Counted from the first letter of the stretch, positions 44,671 through 56,747 are shown. The stretch is 64,000 bases of DNA from an uncultured Verrucomicrobiae bacterium (GCA_963812605.1 CAWEWF010000006.1:288001-352000), one strand, 5' to 3'. The notes: a model not told the origin generated them from the letters alone. A program made the numbers and translations.

Positions 44671-44978
44671 AGCCGCATGGTGGTCAGTTCATCGACACTG
44701 ATGCTCTGTTTGCGGCGGTACAGTGCGACAATGATCGCCAGGCCGACGGCCACCTCGGCGGCCGCGATGGCAATGACGAAGAACACCAGGATCTGGCCGT
44801 CGATGATCTTGTTGAACTTGGAGAAGGCGATCAGGGCCAGGTTGGCGGCGTTGAGGTTCATTTCCAGCGCCATATAAATGACCAGGGCGTTGCGGCGAAT
44901 GATCACGCCCGCGATGCCAAGCGCAAACAGCAGACCGCTGACGATCAGGTAGTGATTGAGCGTGAGGGTGCTGGTCAT
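44667..44978 (-). CDS. nuoK: NADH-quinone oxidoreductase subunit K
   Basis: RRN...ALE...AAAEVAVGLAI. Confidence 0.95.
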   Translation of the reverse strand: MTSTLTLNHYLIVSGLLFALGIAGVIIRRNALVIYMALEMNLNAANLALIAFSKFNKIIDGQILVFFVIAIAAAEVAVGLAIIVALYRRKQSISVDELTTMRL

Positions 44979-45469
44979 TTGAGCTCCTTCTTTGAGAGCA
45001 GCACCACGCCAACCATCGCGACCAGCAGCAAGAGAGCGATCACTTCAAACGGAAGCAGGTAGTGGGCGAAGAACGGCTTAATGACTTCCTCCAAACCGCC
45101 GCGCAACTCCGCGCCCCCACCGGTGAGCGGTTTTACCGGCTGACCGAGGATGACCATCAGTTCCCAGACAAACGCCAGCCCCACAGCAATTCCGCCGGCC
45201 ACGCCGAGGGCTTTGAATTTTCGGCGCTCGCTGGCCTGGATGTCGAGCAGCATGATGACAAAGAGGAAAAGCACCATGACGGCGCCGGCATAGACCAGAA
45301 TCTGGATGATGGCGATGAATATGGCCTCCAACAAGAGAAAGAGTCCCGCCATAAACACAAAGAGCAGGACCAAAAACATCGCGCTGGTGACGGGATTGCG
45401 GCTGGCGATCACCAACAGCCCGCACCCCAACATCGCGATGCTAAAAAACCAAAATAACGCGTCGTGCAT
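44975..45469 (-). CDS. nuoJ: NADH-quinone oxidoreductase subunit J
   Basis: QILVYAGAVMVLFLFVIMLL, LPFE. Confidence 0.95.
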   Translation of the reverse strand: MHDALFWFFSIAMLGCGLLVIASRNPVTSAMFLVLLFVFMAGLFLLLEAIFIAIIQILVYAGAVMVLFLFVIMLLDIQASERRKFKALGVAGGIAVGLAFVWELMVILGQPVKPLTGGGAELRGGLEEVIKPFFAHYLLPFEVIALLLLVAMVGVVLLSKKELK

Positions 45470-45475
45470 TCGGTC

Positions 45476-46030
45476 CTACGAAACCTTCGCCTCCCGCTTC
45501 GGCGCCGCCGGCGCATCCGGTGGCGGTGCGCCCTTGTACTTCCACTTCCAAATCGAATCCTCCTGGACGCCGCCCAATTCCAGCAACTTCTCCATGTTGA
45601 ATTGCAACTCTTCCCGCTTGTAGCCCGCGATCGCAAAATCGCGCTTCAGGAAAATGGCTTCCTCGGGGCAAACTTCTTCGCAGTAGCCGCAGTAAATGCA
45701 CCGCAGCATGTCGATCACGAACTCCTTGGGTTCCTTCTCGACGTTCGCATCGGGAGTCCCGTCCGGGCGCGTACCCGGCGTGATCCGAATGGCCTTCGGC
45801 GGACACACAAACTCGCACAACTGGCACGAGACGCACTTGATGCGACCGTCGGGATCTTTCACGAGCGTCGGCGCGCCACGATACTTGCCGTGCAGCGGCG
45901 GCTGTTCTTCCGGATATTGACGCGTGAACTTCCGTTGCGGGATGTGCTTCAACGTCAGCCACAGCCCGTGCAGGATTTGCGGGAGATAGGTTCGCTCCCA
46001 AATCGTCAATTTTGGCCGTTTCACTTGCAT
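45476..46030 (-). CDS. nuoI: NADH-quinone oxidoreductase subunit I
   Basis: CVSCQLCEFVCP and CIYCGYCEEVCP. Confidence 0.95.
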   Translation of the reverse strand: MQVKRPKLTIWERTYLPQILHGLWLTLKHIPQRKFTRQYPEEQPPLHGKYRGAPTLVKDPDGRIKCVSCQLCEFVCPPKAIRITPGTRPDGTPDANVEKEPKEFVIDMLRCIYCGYCEEVCPEEAIFLKRDFAIAGYKREELQFNMEKLLELGGVQEDSIWKWKYKGAPPPDAPAAPKREAKVS

Positions 46031-46032
46031 CG

Positions 46033-47067
46033 TTATTTACCCATGGCCGTTAGCACGACGCCTGAAATCAGGATGTTGAAGAGGGTCAGCGGGATGAACA
46101 CCTTCCATCCCAGCGCCATCAATTGGTCGTAGCGAAATCGCGGGATCGTCCAGCGCACCCAGATGTAGAAAAACAGGAAGGCGCAAACTTTCACCAGGAA
46201 AATCCCGATGTGCGCCAAACCCACGAGCAGCGTTTGGGCCGGCGCGTTGAATGGCGCGAAGGGCAGCGACCAACCGCCGAAGAACAGCGTCACCATCAGC
46301 GCCGAGGCCACAAACATGGCGGCGTATTCGCCCATGAAGAACATCGCGAACTTCATCGAGCTGTACTCGGTGTGATAACCGCCGACGAGTTCCTGCTCCG
46401 CCTCCGGCAAATCGAAGGGCAGGCGGTTGGTCTCGGCAAACGCGCTGACGACGAAAATAAAAAAGGAAAGCGGCTGGCAAAATGCCAGCCACAGGTGGTG
46501 GGCCTGGTATTCGACCACTCGCGATAAATTAAGAGAGCCAACTTGCATGAACACTGGCACCACGCTCAGCCCGAGACACACTTCGTACGAAATCATCTGC
46601 GCGCTGGAGCGAATGCCGCCCAGAAACGGATATTTCGAGTTGCTCGCCCAGCCCGCCAGCACGATGCCGTAGACGCCCAACGAGGAAATGGCGAAGACGA
46701 AGAGAATACCGACATTCAAATCCGCGATCACGCCCTTGACCGGTTCCGCCAGTCCGGGAATTACCAACTGGCTCCCCCACGGCACGACCGCAATGGTAAT
46801 CAGCGCGGGTACCAGGGAGATCATCGGCGCCAGCGTGAAGTACACTTTGTTGACGTGATGCGACAGCACATCTTCCTTGAACACAAACTTCAGCCCGTCG
46901 GCCAGCGGCTGCATCAGCCCCATCGGCCCGACGCGATTCGGCCCAATGCGGTCCTGCATCCATGCACACACCTTGCGCTCCGCCAGCACCGTGTACGCCA
47001 CGATGGTCAGCATCACCCAAACGACAAAAGCAATCTTGATGAGAGGGACAAGCAGTTCGTGAATCAT
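46033..47067 (-). CDS. nuoH: NADH-quinone oxidoreductase subunit H
   Basis: ERK..Q.RIGPNRVG, QMISYE, AETNRLPFDLPEAE, PRFRYDQLM. Confidence 0.96.
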   Translation of the reverse strand: MIHELLVPLIKIAFVVWVMLTIVAYTVLAERKVCAWMQDRIGPNRVGPMGLMQPLADGLKFVFKEDVLSHHVNKVYFTLAPMISLVPALITIAVVPWGSQLVIPGLAEPVKGVIADLNVGILFVFAISSLGVYGIVLAGWASNSKYPFLGGIRSSAQMISYEVCLGLSVVPVFMQVGSLNLSRVVEYQAHHLWLAFCQPLSFFIFVVSAFAETNRLPFDLPEAEQELVGGYHTEYSSMKFAMFFMGEYAAMFVASALMVTLFFGGWSLPFAPFNAPAQTLLVGLAHIGIFLVKVCAFLFFYIWVRWTIPRFRYDQLMALGWKVFIPLTLFNILISGVVLTAMGK

Positions 47068-47087
47068 AACATTATATTGCTGGAATC

Positions 47088-47146
47088 TGTCATTCTGAGC
47101 ACAGCGAAGAATCTCTCACCGCGCAAAGAGAGACCCTTCGCTTCGC

Positions 47147-47157
<11 letters not shown>
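47088..47157. repeat. 'Empty' TGTCA palindrome pair between nuoG and nuoH
   Basis: TGTCATTCTGAGCACAGCGAAGAATCTCTC-short spacer-GAGAGACCCTTCGCTTCGCTCAGGGTGACA; supplies the nuoG stop codon. Confidence 0.9.
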
Positions 47158-48856
<1,699 letters not shown>

Positions 48857-48865
48857 GGTAACGAT

Positions 48866-49408
48866 CTACTTCTTCTTACGTCGCGGCTTCTTTCCTTTTT
48901 TCTTCTGCCGAACGTAGAATAGAGTTCCGGGTTCATAATCCCTGATGCTCCCAGGCTCATTGGTTACGCGCTTCTTCTGAGAGTTGAAAACCAACTGTGG
49001 CCCTGCGACGCGAATCAATGCTGTCTCTATTTCCCGCTCATGTTGTTTATCAAGCACCACATAAAAAGAGAAATATTCTAGCTCAAGTGGCTGTGCCTTA
49101 TGCCGCGCATTCAGCCGACTAAAAATGTTACCTCGCCCGGCGTAGCGAGCGTGCCCCATCGAATCATGCGCCATGTAAATTCCTGTTCTCGGTAACTTGG
49201 TTTTGCGCATGTATTTCTTCACAGCATTGAGAGCACTAAATGGCAACATTTCAGCGACAACTTTGAACAGTGGTTGAATCTTCTGAGGGCGACCGGGGCC
49301 TGGTACGAGTTCCCCGTGGACGACCTTCCACATTCGACCATCTGCGTAAATCTCCTCTTTGATCGTCTTCCTGGACTTACCTTTGTTTTTCTTCGCCATT
49401 ATGTTCAA
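48866..49408 (-). CDS. Divergent GIY-YIG superfamily protein inserted in the nuo operon
   Basis: GIYMAHDSMGHARYAGRG..IFSRL...EREIETALI...FN (GIY, YxG, R, E, N in order); lower GC. Confidence 0.65.
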   Translation of the reverse strand: MNIMAKKNKGKSRKTIKEEIYADGRMWKVVHGELVPGPGRPQKIQPLFKVVAEMLPFSALNAVKKYMRKTKLPRTGIYMAHDSMGHARYAGRGNIFSRLNARHKAQPLELEYFSFYVVLDKQHEREIETALIRVAGPQLVFNSQKKRVTNEPGSIRDYEPGTLFYVRQKKKGKKPRRKKK

Positions 49409-49419
49409 TCGTTCGAGTT

Positions 49420-49496
49420 TGTCACCCTGAGCGGAGCGAAGGGTCTCTGTCGTTCACCTACGCGACCGAGATTCTTCGCTTCGCTCAGAATGACAG
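49420..49496. repeat. TGTCA palindrome pair between the two inserted genes
   Basis: TGTCACCCTGAGCGGAGCGAAGGGTCTCTGTCGTT...GAGATTCTTCGCTTCGCTCAGAATGACA. Confidence 0.9.
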
Positions 49497-49508
49497 AAAT
49501 CAAAGCCA

Positions 49509-50069
49509 TTATCGCACTCCGTTTCCGCACGCACGATAAGCTGTGCGCTTCTCTCTTACATGAAATCCAATCGACCTCCGTCGACGCGGTTCCGGCGGAT
49601 TCATGAGTTGGCGGACGGCATCGAAAACGACTCTGAACTGGTTGTCATATTTCTTCTCCAATTCTTCAAGTTTGCGGGCCAAGTCGCGGTGGCCGGTCAG
49701 TGCGTCGCGCATCTTTACGAAAGCACGAACGACAAATAAGCTCATCTGCACTGTTTGCGGACTATTCAACACGGTGGCCGCCATGATCGCGCCGTGCTCG
49801 GTGAACGCATAGGGTAGATAACGAGTTCCCCCGTACGAACTTGAGGTCGCAAATTGCGACCTCAAGTTTGCAACCTCTTGGCGTGTAAGCCGAAACGCAA
49901 AGTCCGATGGGAACCGGGCGGGATTGCGTTTGATCGCCTCATTGAGTCTCTTCGTCGTAATACCGTAAATCCGTGCCAAATCACCGTCCAAAATAACCCG
50001 TTGTCCGCGCACCTCGTGGATACACGTGGCAACATACTGGAGCCGCAATATGGCGCTTTCAGTGGCCAT
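49509..50069 (-). CDS. ORF6N (KilA-N-like) DNA-binding protein inserted in the nuo operon
   Basis: RGQRVILDGDLARIYG...LNEAIKRNPARFPSDFAF...PYAFTEHGAIMAATVLNS...RSIGF. Confidence 0.9.
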   Translation of the reverse strand: MATESAILRLQYVATCIHEVRGQRVILDGDLARIYGITTKRLNEAIKRNPARFPSDFAFRLTRQEVANLRSQFATSSSYGGTRYLPYAFTEHGAIMAATVLNSPQTVQMSLFVVRAFVKMRDALTGHRDLARKLEELEKKYDNQFRVVFDAVRQLMNPPEPRRRRSIGFHVREKRTAYRACGNGVR

Positions 50070-51861
50070 GGCTTCCTCCATTCCCTTTGCAGGCGGCTTC
50101 GAATTCGCTGCGGTATTTGGTGACGAAGGCTTTCACGGGCCAGGCGGCGGCTTCGCCGAGGGGGCAGATCGTTTTGCCGTCGATGTTGTCGGCGATGTCC
50201 CACAACAAATCCACATCCTCGGGGCGGCCGTGGCCTTGTTGGATGCGATGCAGCATTTTTTCCATCCACAACGTGCCTTCACGGCAGGGCGTGCATTGGC
50301 CGCAGGACTCGTGAGCGTAGAATTGCGTGACATTCAACGTGCTCTGCACGATGTCGACCGTATCATCGAGCACGATGATGCCACCCGAACCGGCCATCGT
50401 GCCGGCTTTGCGCAGCGACTCGAAATCCAAGGCGACATCAATCTGATCGGCCTTCAGCACGGGCATCGAACTACCGCCCGGGATGACGCCCTTCAGCTTG
50501 CGCCCCTCTTTCAGTCCGCCGCAGAGATCATTGATAAGCTGGCGCAGCGTCAGTTTGCCCATCTCGAATTCGAAATAACCCGGCCGTTTCACGGGGCCGC
50601 TGACGCACACGAGCCGGGTCCCACGCGAGCCGGGCACGCCGAGTTCCTTGAACCACGCCGCGCCATTATTGATGATGTGCGGGATATTCGAGAGCGTCTC
50701 GACATTATTGACAACCGTCGGGCAACCGAAGAGGCCGACCACCGCCGGAAACGGCGGCTTGATGCGCGGATAGGCGCGCTTGCCTTCGAGCGATTCGATC
50801 AGGCCGGTTTCCTCGCCGCAGATGTACGCGCCCGCGCCGCGGTGGATGTAAATCTCGCAATCGAATCCCTTGCCGAGAATGTTTTTGCCGAGAAAATTCT
50901 TCGCGCGCGCTTCCTCAATCGCCTGGGCGAGGATTTTTGCGCCATACGGCATCTCGCCGCGAATATAGATGTAGGCGACGTGCGAACCGACGGCGTAGCA
51001 CGAGACGAGGATGCCTTCGATGAGCTGATGCGGTTCGTAATGGAGCAACTGGCGGTCCTTGAACGTGCCCGGCTCGCTCTCGTCCGCGTTGCAAACGAGG
51101 TAAACCGGCTTGCCGGTGCCCTTGGCGAGGAAACTCCATTTCATCCCGCAGGGGAAACCCGCGCCGCCGCGCCCGCGAACCTCGCTGTTCTTGACCTCGG
51201 CGACAATATCGTCGGGTTTCATGCCGAGCGCTTTCGGCAGCGAACGATAACCGCCTTCGCGGAGATAGTCGTCCATCGAGCCTGTGTACCCGGGTTTCGT
51301 CAGGTTCGCGAGCAGAACGCGCTTTTCCAGCGGATGTGGCGCAGCGGGCTTCGGCAAGGGTTGCTGTTCGAGTTTGCCGGTGGTCTTGATGCGGTCGACG
51401 ATGGCCTCGGCTGCGTCCGGCGTGAGGTTCTCGAATAATTCGTCGTTGACCATCATCACCGGGCCGGTCCCGCAGGCGGCGAGACATTCGACCGTGGAAA
51501 TCGTGAAAAGCCCGTCGCTTGTGTTTTCATCCAGCCCGACGCCGAGCTTTTTCTTCAGCCGTTCGAGGATCCCGCCGCAGCCGCACAACTCGCAGGTCAG
51601 GGTGCGGCAGACCTTGATGTGAAACTTCCCACGCGGCTTGGGCGAGAACATCGGATAGAACGTGATCAGTTCCCAGACATTGATCGGTTGCAAGCCGAGC
51701 TTGGTGGCGGTCCACTCCACTTGTTCCCGTCCGAGATAGCCGAATTGCTCCTGCAAGAGATGCAGCAGCCACAACACCGCCGCCCGCTTGTGTTGCGGCG
51801 GATAGTGCGTGACGATCTCGTCGATGTGCTTCTCGAGTTCGGTTGGAACGTTCAGTGCCAT
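50059..51861 (-). CDS. nuoEF: Fused NADH-quinone oxidoreductase subunits E and F
   Basis: NuoE CRTLTC...ECLAAC, continuing in frame into NuoF GRGGAGFP, NADESEPGTFKDR, YICGEETG, ESCGQCTPCREG. Confidence 0.9.
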   Translation of the reverse strand: MALNVPTELEKHIDEIVTHYPPQHKRAAVLWLLHLLQEQFGYLGREQVEWTATKLGLQPINVWELITFYPMFSPKPRGKFHIKVCRTLTCELCGCGGILERLKKKLGVGLDENTSDGLFTISTVECLAACGTGPVMMVNDELFENLTPDAAEAIVDRIKTTGKLEQQPLPKPAAPHPLEKRVLLANLTKPGYTGSMDDYLREGGYRSLPKALGMKPDDIVAEVKNSEVRGRGGAGFPCGMKWSFLAKGTGKPVYLVCNADESEPGTFKDRQLLHYEPHQLIEGILVSCYAVGSHVAYIYIRGEMPYGAKILAQAIEEARAKNFLGKNILGKGFDCEIYIHRGAGAYICGEETGLIESLEGKRAYPRIKPPFPAVVGLFGCPTVVNNVETLSNIPHIINNGAAWFKELGVPGSRGTRLVCVSGPVKRPGYFEFEMGKLTLRQLINDLCGGLKEGRKLKGVIPGGSSMPVLKADQIDVALDFESLRKAGTMAGSGGIIVLDDTVDIVQSTLNVTQFYAHESCGQCTPCREGTLWMEKMLHRIQQGHGRPEDVDLLWDIADNIDGKTICPLGEAAAWPVKAFVTKYRSEFEAACKGNGGSHGH

Positions 51862-51918
51862 GGAATCATTTGGGTGGTGGCAAATAAGCGCGATACAGTT
51901 TTTTCGCTCTTCGCTTGG

Positions 51919-52468
51919 CTATCGAGTAACTCCGCGCTCGATAAAGGCAATCTCGCCCATTACGGGTCTGATGGAACAGAAATCCAAACTTCTGTGTTTG
52001 CGGTGATCGAGTTGGAGATTGTCGCCGGTCAAATCATCAAACCCGATCGGCCGCCCGTCGACAAGCACCCGGTCACCCTGACACTTCAACTTCAATGCGC
52101 GGATGATCAACCACGTTGTTCGTTTCCGAGGCTATCAGCAACCGATTGTATACGTTGTCGACACTCACGAAATACAATCCATTCGTCTTGAGAACACCGG
52201 CGAGTCCCTGAATTGCCTCGTCCAGCGTCAACTTCCGCTCGGTTCGGTAGTCGACGACACCGGTGAAGTATATGGGAGTGATGAGAGGCTTGTTGGTCAG
52301 CCGCACCAGCCATTCCACCACCGCACTCACCGGGGCGTTCTGAAATTGGCAACTGAACGTGTGAACAGCCGTCGTATTGGTATCTTCCGCCAAAGAACTT
52401 TGGAATGCCAGGGTGCCAGCCGAAGCCGTGACTACGCAGAGCGCAATCGTTGACGTTGCGACCTTCAT
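51919..52468 (-). CDS. Exported hypothetical protein with secretin N0-like domain, inserted between nuoD and nuoE (frameshifted)
   Basis: Signal peptide; FQNAPVSAVVEWLVRLTNK...LDEA...VLKTNG pattern; ATGA overlap with nuoD. Confidence 0.5.
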
Positions 52469-53703
52469 CGGTCGCATTCTCCCATCACGAAATCGATGCT
52501 GGCGAGGATGGTGACCATGTCGCTCATCATGTGGCCGCGGGCCATCACGGGCAGCGCCTGCAAATTCACGAAGGACGGCGCGCGAATCTTCAGGCGGTGC
52601 GGCGTGCCGCCGCCCTTGCTGACGATGTAAAAACCCAGTTCGCCCTTCGGATTCTCCGCCGAGAAATAAATTTCGCCCGGGGGCGCGTTGATGCCTTCGG
52701 TGACGTTGATGAATTGGTGAATCAACTCCTCCATTTTCGTCAGCACGGCTTCCTTCTTGGGGAGCAGGATTTTTGCGTCCGGGGAATTCACCGGGCCGTC
52801 CGGCAGATTGTCAATGGCCTGGTGCAAAATGCGCACGCTCTGCCGCATCTCTTCCATGCGGACGAGATAGCGGTCGTAGCTGTCGCCCACGGTCCCGAAA
52901 GGAACGTCGAATTCGAAATCCTCGTACGAGCTGTACGGATGCGATTTGCGGATGTCCCAATCGACACCCGAGCCGCGCAGACACGGACCCGTGACGCCCA
53001 AGTCGATCGCGTCCGCTTTCGTGAGGACGCCGATGCCGCGCGTGCGCTCACAGAAAATGCGGTTGCGCGTCAGCAATTTGTCGACTTCATCGACGGTCGC
53101 CGGGAATTCCTTGAGGAACTTCCGCAGCATCGGGACGAATTCCGGCGGCATGTCGTTGGCCAGGCCGCCGATGCGCGTGTAGCTGGTCGTGAACCGCGCG
53201 CCGCTGATGCATTCGGCCAGGTCGTAAATTTTTTCGCGCTCGCGAAACAGGTAAAGAAAAATGGTCATCGCGCCGATGTCCATGGCGAAGGCCCCGATGC
53301 CGAGGAGATGCGAACTGATGCGCGCCAGCTCGGCGCAAATCACGCGGATATACTGGCAGCGCGGCGGCACATCCATGCCGAGCAGCTTTTCGACGGCATA
53401 GGCGTAGGTCACGTTGTTCGCCAGCGGCGCGAGGTAATCGAGGCGGTCGGTGTACGGGATGAACTGCGTGTAGGTCATGTTCTCGGCGATTTTTTCGTCG
53501 CCGCGATGCAGGTAACCGATATCAGGCCAGACGTTGACGACTTCCTCGCCGTCCAGCTCCAGCACCACGCGCAAGACCCCGTGCGTGCTGGGGTGTTGCG
53601 GTCCCATGTTGATGATCATTTTCTCGCTGCCCAGCGCTTCATCCATCGCCTGCTGGGCGCGGGAGGCGGAATCGATCAACTCCATTTCATGTTGTGTCGC
53701 CAT
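52465..53703 (-). CDS. nuoD: NADH-quinone oxidoreductase subunit D
   Basis: NMGPQHPSTHGVLR, GYLHRG, RLDY, ENPKGELG, GECDR. Confidence 0.96.
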   Translation of the reverse strand: MATQHEMELIDSASRAQQAMDEALGSEKMIINMGPQHPSTHGVLRVVLELDGEEVVNVWPDIGYLHRGDEKIAENMTYTQFIPYTDRLDYLAPLANNVTYAYAVEKLLGMDVPPRCQYIRVICAELARISSHLLGIGAFAMDIGAMTIFLYLFREREKIYDLAECISGARFTTSYTRIGGLANDMPPEFVPMLRKFLKEFPATVDEVDKLLTRNRIFCERTRGIGVLTKADAIDLGVTGPCLRGSGVDWDIRKSHPYSSYEDFEFDVPFGTVGDSYDRYLVRMEEMRQSVRILHQAIDNLPDGPVNSPDAKILLPKKEAVLTKMEELIHQFINVTEGINAPPGEIYFSAENPKGELGFYIVSKGGGTPHRLKIRAPSFVNLQALPVMARGHMMSDMVTILASIDFVMGECDR

Positions 53704-54335
53704 CAAACCGATTCCTTCTTCGTCGGATGCGTCAGCTTGTCCTGTTGCTCGGCAATCGTGTCGTACTGGCGCGGCTCGCGGCGAATCGAACTGCGCGTCC
53801 CGCTCGCGGCCACGAACGGGCCGCCCAGCATGGGTGCGGAGCGCACCGTGTCGGCATTCACGGCGGTTTCGGGCAGTTCCGCCGGAATGCCGGCCAGTGG
53901 AAAATCTTTTCGCAGCGGATAATACGGATAACCTTCCCACATCAGGATGCGCTTGAGGTTGGGATGATTGCGGAAACGGATGCCGAACATGTCGAAGGCT
54001 TCGCGCTCGTGCCAGTTGGCCGTGCCCCAGACGCTGGTGACGCTGTCCACGATCATGTCCTCCTCGGACACCGGCACCTTCAGCCGCAAGCGGCAATGAT
54101 GCTTCAGCGAGTACAGAAGGTAATCGACCTCATAGCGCGGGTCTTCGCCGTAATTGTCCACGCCTGAAAGGTCCGTCAACATGTCAAAATGGCATTCCTT
54201 CTTCAGGAATTCGCAGATGGCCACAATTTTTTCGCGCGGCACGGCAATTGAGAACTCGCCGCGAAATTCGACGGGCGCGGAAATCGCGTCGCCGTATTGC
54301 GCCTTCAATCGATCGATGGCGGCTTGTGGTGTCAT
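53703..54335 (-). CDS. nuoC: NADH-quinone oxidoreductase subunit C
   Basis: ANWHEREAFDMFGIRF..HP, PLRKDFPL. Confidence 0.95.
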   Translation of the reverse strand: MTPQAAIDRLKAQYGDAISAPVEFRGEFSIAVPREKIVAICEFLKKECHFDMLTDLSGVDNYGEDPRYEVDYLLYSLKHHCRLRLKVPVSEEDMIVDSVTSVWGTANWHEREAFDMFGIRFRNHPNLKRILMWEGYPYYPLRKDFPLAGIPAELPETAVNADTVRSAPMLGGPFVAASGTRSSIRREPRQYDTIAEQQDKLTHPTKKESV

Positions 54336-54339
54336 CGGG

Positions 54340-54930
54340 TCATTCGCCCTTCAACTTTGGCGCGTATTCCCCGCGCACGATGATCGGCCCTGTCACGGGC
54401 GACCACAACCCGGGTTTGCCCTCGGTCTTTTTCATGTTCCCGACGGCCCGTTCCTGGGCGATCTTGCGCTGGATCGCCATCAACCCTTCCAGCAACGCTT
54501 CGGGCCGCGGTGGGCAACCGGAGATATACACGTCCACCGGCAGAAAATGGTCCACGCCCTGCACGACCGCGTAGCTGCGGTACATGCCGCCGGTGCTGGC
54601 GCACGCGCCCATCGCGATGCACCATTTGGGATTGGGCATCTGGTCCCACACGCGCTTGACCACGCCGGCCATTTTGTACACGCAGGTGCCGGCCACGATC
54701 ATCAGGTCGGATTGCCGCGGCGAGAAACGCATCACCTCGGCGCCGAACCGCGCGATATCGAATCGGCTCGCGCCGACGGCCATCAATTCAATGGCGCAAC
54801 AGGCCAGGCCCATCGGCATCGGCCAGCAGGAATTCTTGCGGACCCAATCGATCGCGGCGTCCGCGCGGGTGACAATGACGTCGCGGCCTTCTACCTTGGG
54901 GTCAAATCCAGTTTCGACACGCTCAATCAT
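54340..54930 (-). CDS. nuoB: NADH-quinone oxidoreductase subunit B
   Basis: [30 protein letters not shown]. Confidence 0.95.
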   Translation of the reverse strand: MIERVETGFDPKVEGRDVIVTRADAAIDWVRKNSCWPMPMGLACCAIELMAVGASRFDIARFGAEVMRFSPRQSDLMIVAGTCVYKMAGVVKRVWDQMPNPKWCIAMGACASTGGMYRSYAVVQGVDHFLPVDVYISGCPPRPEALLEGLMAIQRKIAQERAVGNMKKTEGKPGLWSPVTGPIIVRGEYAPKLKGE

Positions 54931-54982
54931 GAAACCACCAATTCCGCTTTCTTGTTGGGCTTCGGAACGGTCGCCGGCCGGT

Positions 54983-55398
54983 TCACTTGCCAGGTCCTTT
55001 TTGGGCGCCCAATCGAGCGCGCCTTTTTTCCAGGCGTAAATGTGGCCGACTTCGAGGATCCCGAGGAACAGGAACGCGCCGAGAAGCATCTTGATGCCGA
55101 TTCCGCCTTCGGCTACGGGCCGAACCATGTCGCGAAAAACCGCCGCCCAGCCGAGCATGAAAACCACTTCGATGTCGAACAGGATGAACAACATCGCGAT
55201 CACGTAGAATTTCACACTGAAGCGGGTGCGCGCCTCGGTCATCGGCGGCAGGCCGCACTCGTAGGGACTGTCCTTGACCGCATCATGGACGCGCGGTTTG
55301 CCGAGAATCAACGGCACCAGCATCATCGCCGTGGCGAGTCCGATCGCCACCAACATCAGGAGTCCCACCGGGACGTATTGCTGTAATTGTTCGGCCAT
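54983..55398 (-). CDS. nuoA: NADH-quinone oxidoreductase subunit A (appears fused to nuoB, probably by an indel)
   Basis: [23 protein letters not shown]. Confidence 0.9.
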
Positions 55399-55534
55399 TA
55401 TCAGGTCCACCGCTGCCCCTTACAGTCGCAGGCAGACTTTGTGATATATTTCACAAGGAAACTACCAAAACCCGTCCGGCTTGCAAGCGTTCTTTCTCCT
55501 TCAGCAATGTCAGGCGCTCGGCTATCGTTATCGG

Positions 55535-56730
55535 GTGGAAGATGACCCCGTTTTGCTTCGTGAGATTCGGCGTGAAATAGAGGCACGCGACGGACGAATC
55601 ACGTTCGCGCGGTTCATGGAACTGGCGCTGTATCACCCGCGATATGGATACTACACCAAAGCCCTCGGTGGCACGGGCGTCCCTGCCCGTGCGGACACAG
55701 GCACGGAGGCCTGTGCCACCATTCATGGGGCGCTTTCCAAGCGCGAACGCATCGGCAAACAGGGCGATTATTTCACCAGCGTGAGCGTGGGGTCGCTGTT
55801 TGGGAAGATCTTGGCGAAGCAGTTTGTGAAGTTCCGCGAGGAACTGGGCAATCCACCGGAGTTTGCTGTCGTGGAGTTTGGCGGGTACCGGGGCCAATTG
55901 CGCGCCGATGTCCTCGCGGCGGCGCCCGATTTGTCCTACCGCATTGTCGAAGCGGGCGATCCCCTGCCCGACTCGATTGTCGGCTGCGTGTTCTCGAACG
56001 AGTTCCTCGATGCGTTGCCGGTCCATCTGGTGCAGGTGAAAGATGGAACGTGGCAGGAGGTGTACGTCAAGACGGCGTCCCCTCACCCGAACCCTCTCCC
56101 ACAAGGGGAGAGGGGCAAAGTGAAGAGACGGCGTTTGTAGGGCAGGCGTCCCGCTTGCCATATTCCCAACAACGGCAGGCGGGCCGCCTGCCCTACAATA
56201 ATGATGGTGATTTCGTTGAGGTATTAGGCCCGCTTTCCACGCCGCGGCTTGCCGAGCAGCTACGCGATCTGCCCCTTCAATACATGGAAGGCTACCGCTC
56301 GGAGGTGAATTTGCAGGCGCTCAATTGGCTGGCGGACGTGGCGCGGCGGTTGAAACGCGGTTGGATCGTCACCATCGATTACGGTTACGAGCGCAACGAT
56401 TATTTCGCGCCGCACCGCGGCGAGGGCACGTTGCTTTGCTATCACCAGCACGTGAAGAGCGCGAATCCGTACGCAAACATCGGCGAACAGGACATCACGG
56501 CGCATGTCGAGTTCACTTCCTTGATGGAACACGGCAAGACGCTTGGGCTTGAAACTGTTTTGTTTACCGACCAGTCGCACTACCTGTTGCAGATTGGAGA
56601 GTCGGAGATTGCCGGGATTGTCGAACGCACCGCCGGTCAGCCGAGCAAGGAGCGCGCAGCCATCCATCAACTCATCCATCCTGAATTGATGGGGCGCACG
56701 TTCAAGGTGCTGGTGCAGAAGAAGGGATAG
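55535..56730 (+). CDS. NDUFAF7/MidA-family SAM-dependent methyltransferase (repeat insertions; frameshift near 56100-56140)
   Basis: FARFMELALYHP..GYY, GDYFTS, SNEFLDALPV, IDYG, GEQDITAHVEF, MGRTFKVL. Confidence 0.88.
55667..55720. repeat. GTGG REP pair inserted in frame in the methyltransferase
   Basis: GGTGGCACGGGCGTCCCTGCCCGTG...CACAGGCACGGAGGCCTGTGCCACC, 54 bp = 18 codons. Confidence 0.88.
56079..56198. repeat. Two further palindromic elements inside the methyltransferase gene
   Basis: CCCCTCACCCGAACCCTCTCCC..GGGGAGAGGGG (56079-56115) and TTGTAGGGCAGGC...GCCTGCCCTACAA (56135-56198). Confidence 0.8.
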
Positions 56731-56747
56731 CACTGCCACACTTCGTT

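Noticed and set aside
54340-55410. Apparent NuoA-NuoB fusion (356-aa ORF)
   Set aside because: Adding one A to the A5 run near 54997-55001 ends NuoA as WAPKKGPGK* at 54983, and nuoB has its own ATG at 54930. This matches the window's homopolymer deletion errors, so a fusion is not supported without reads.
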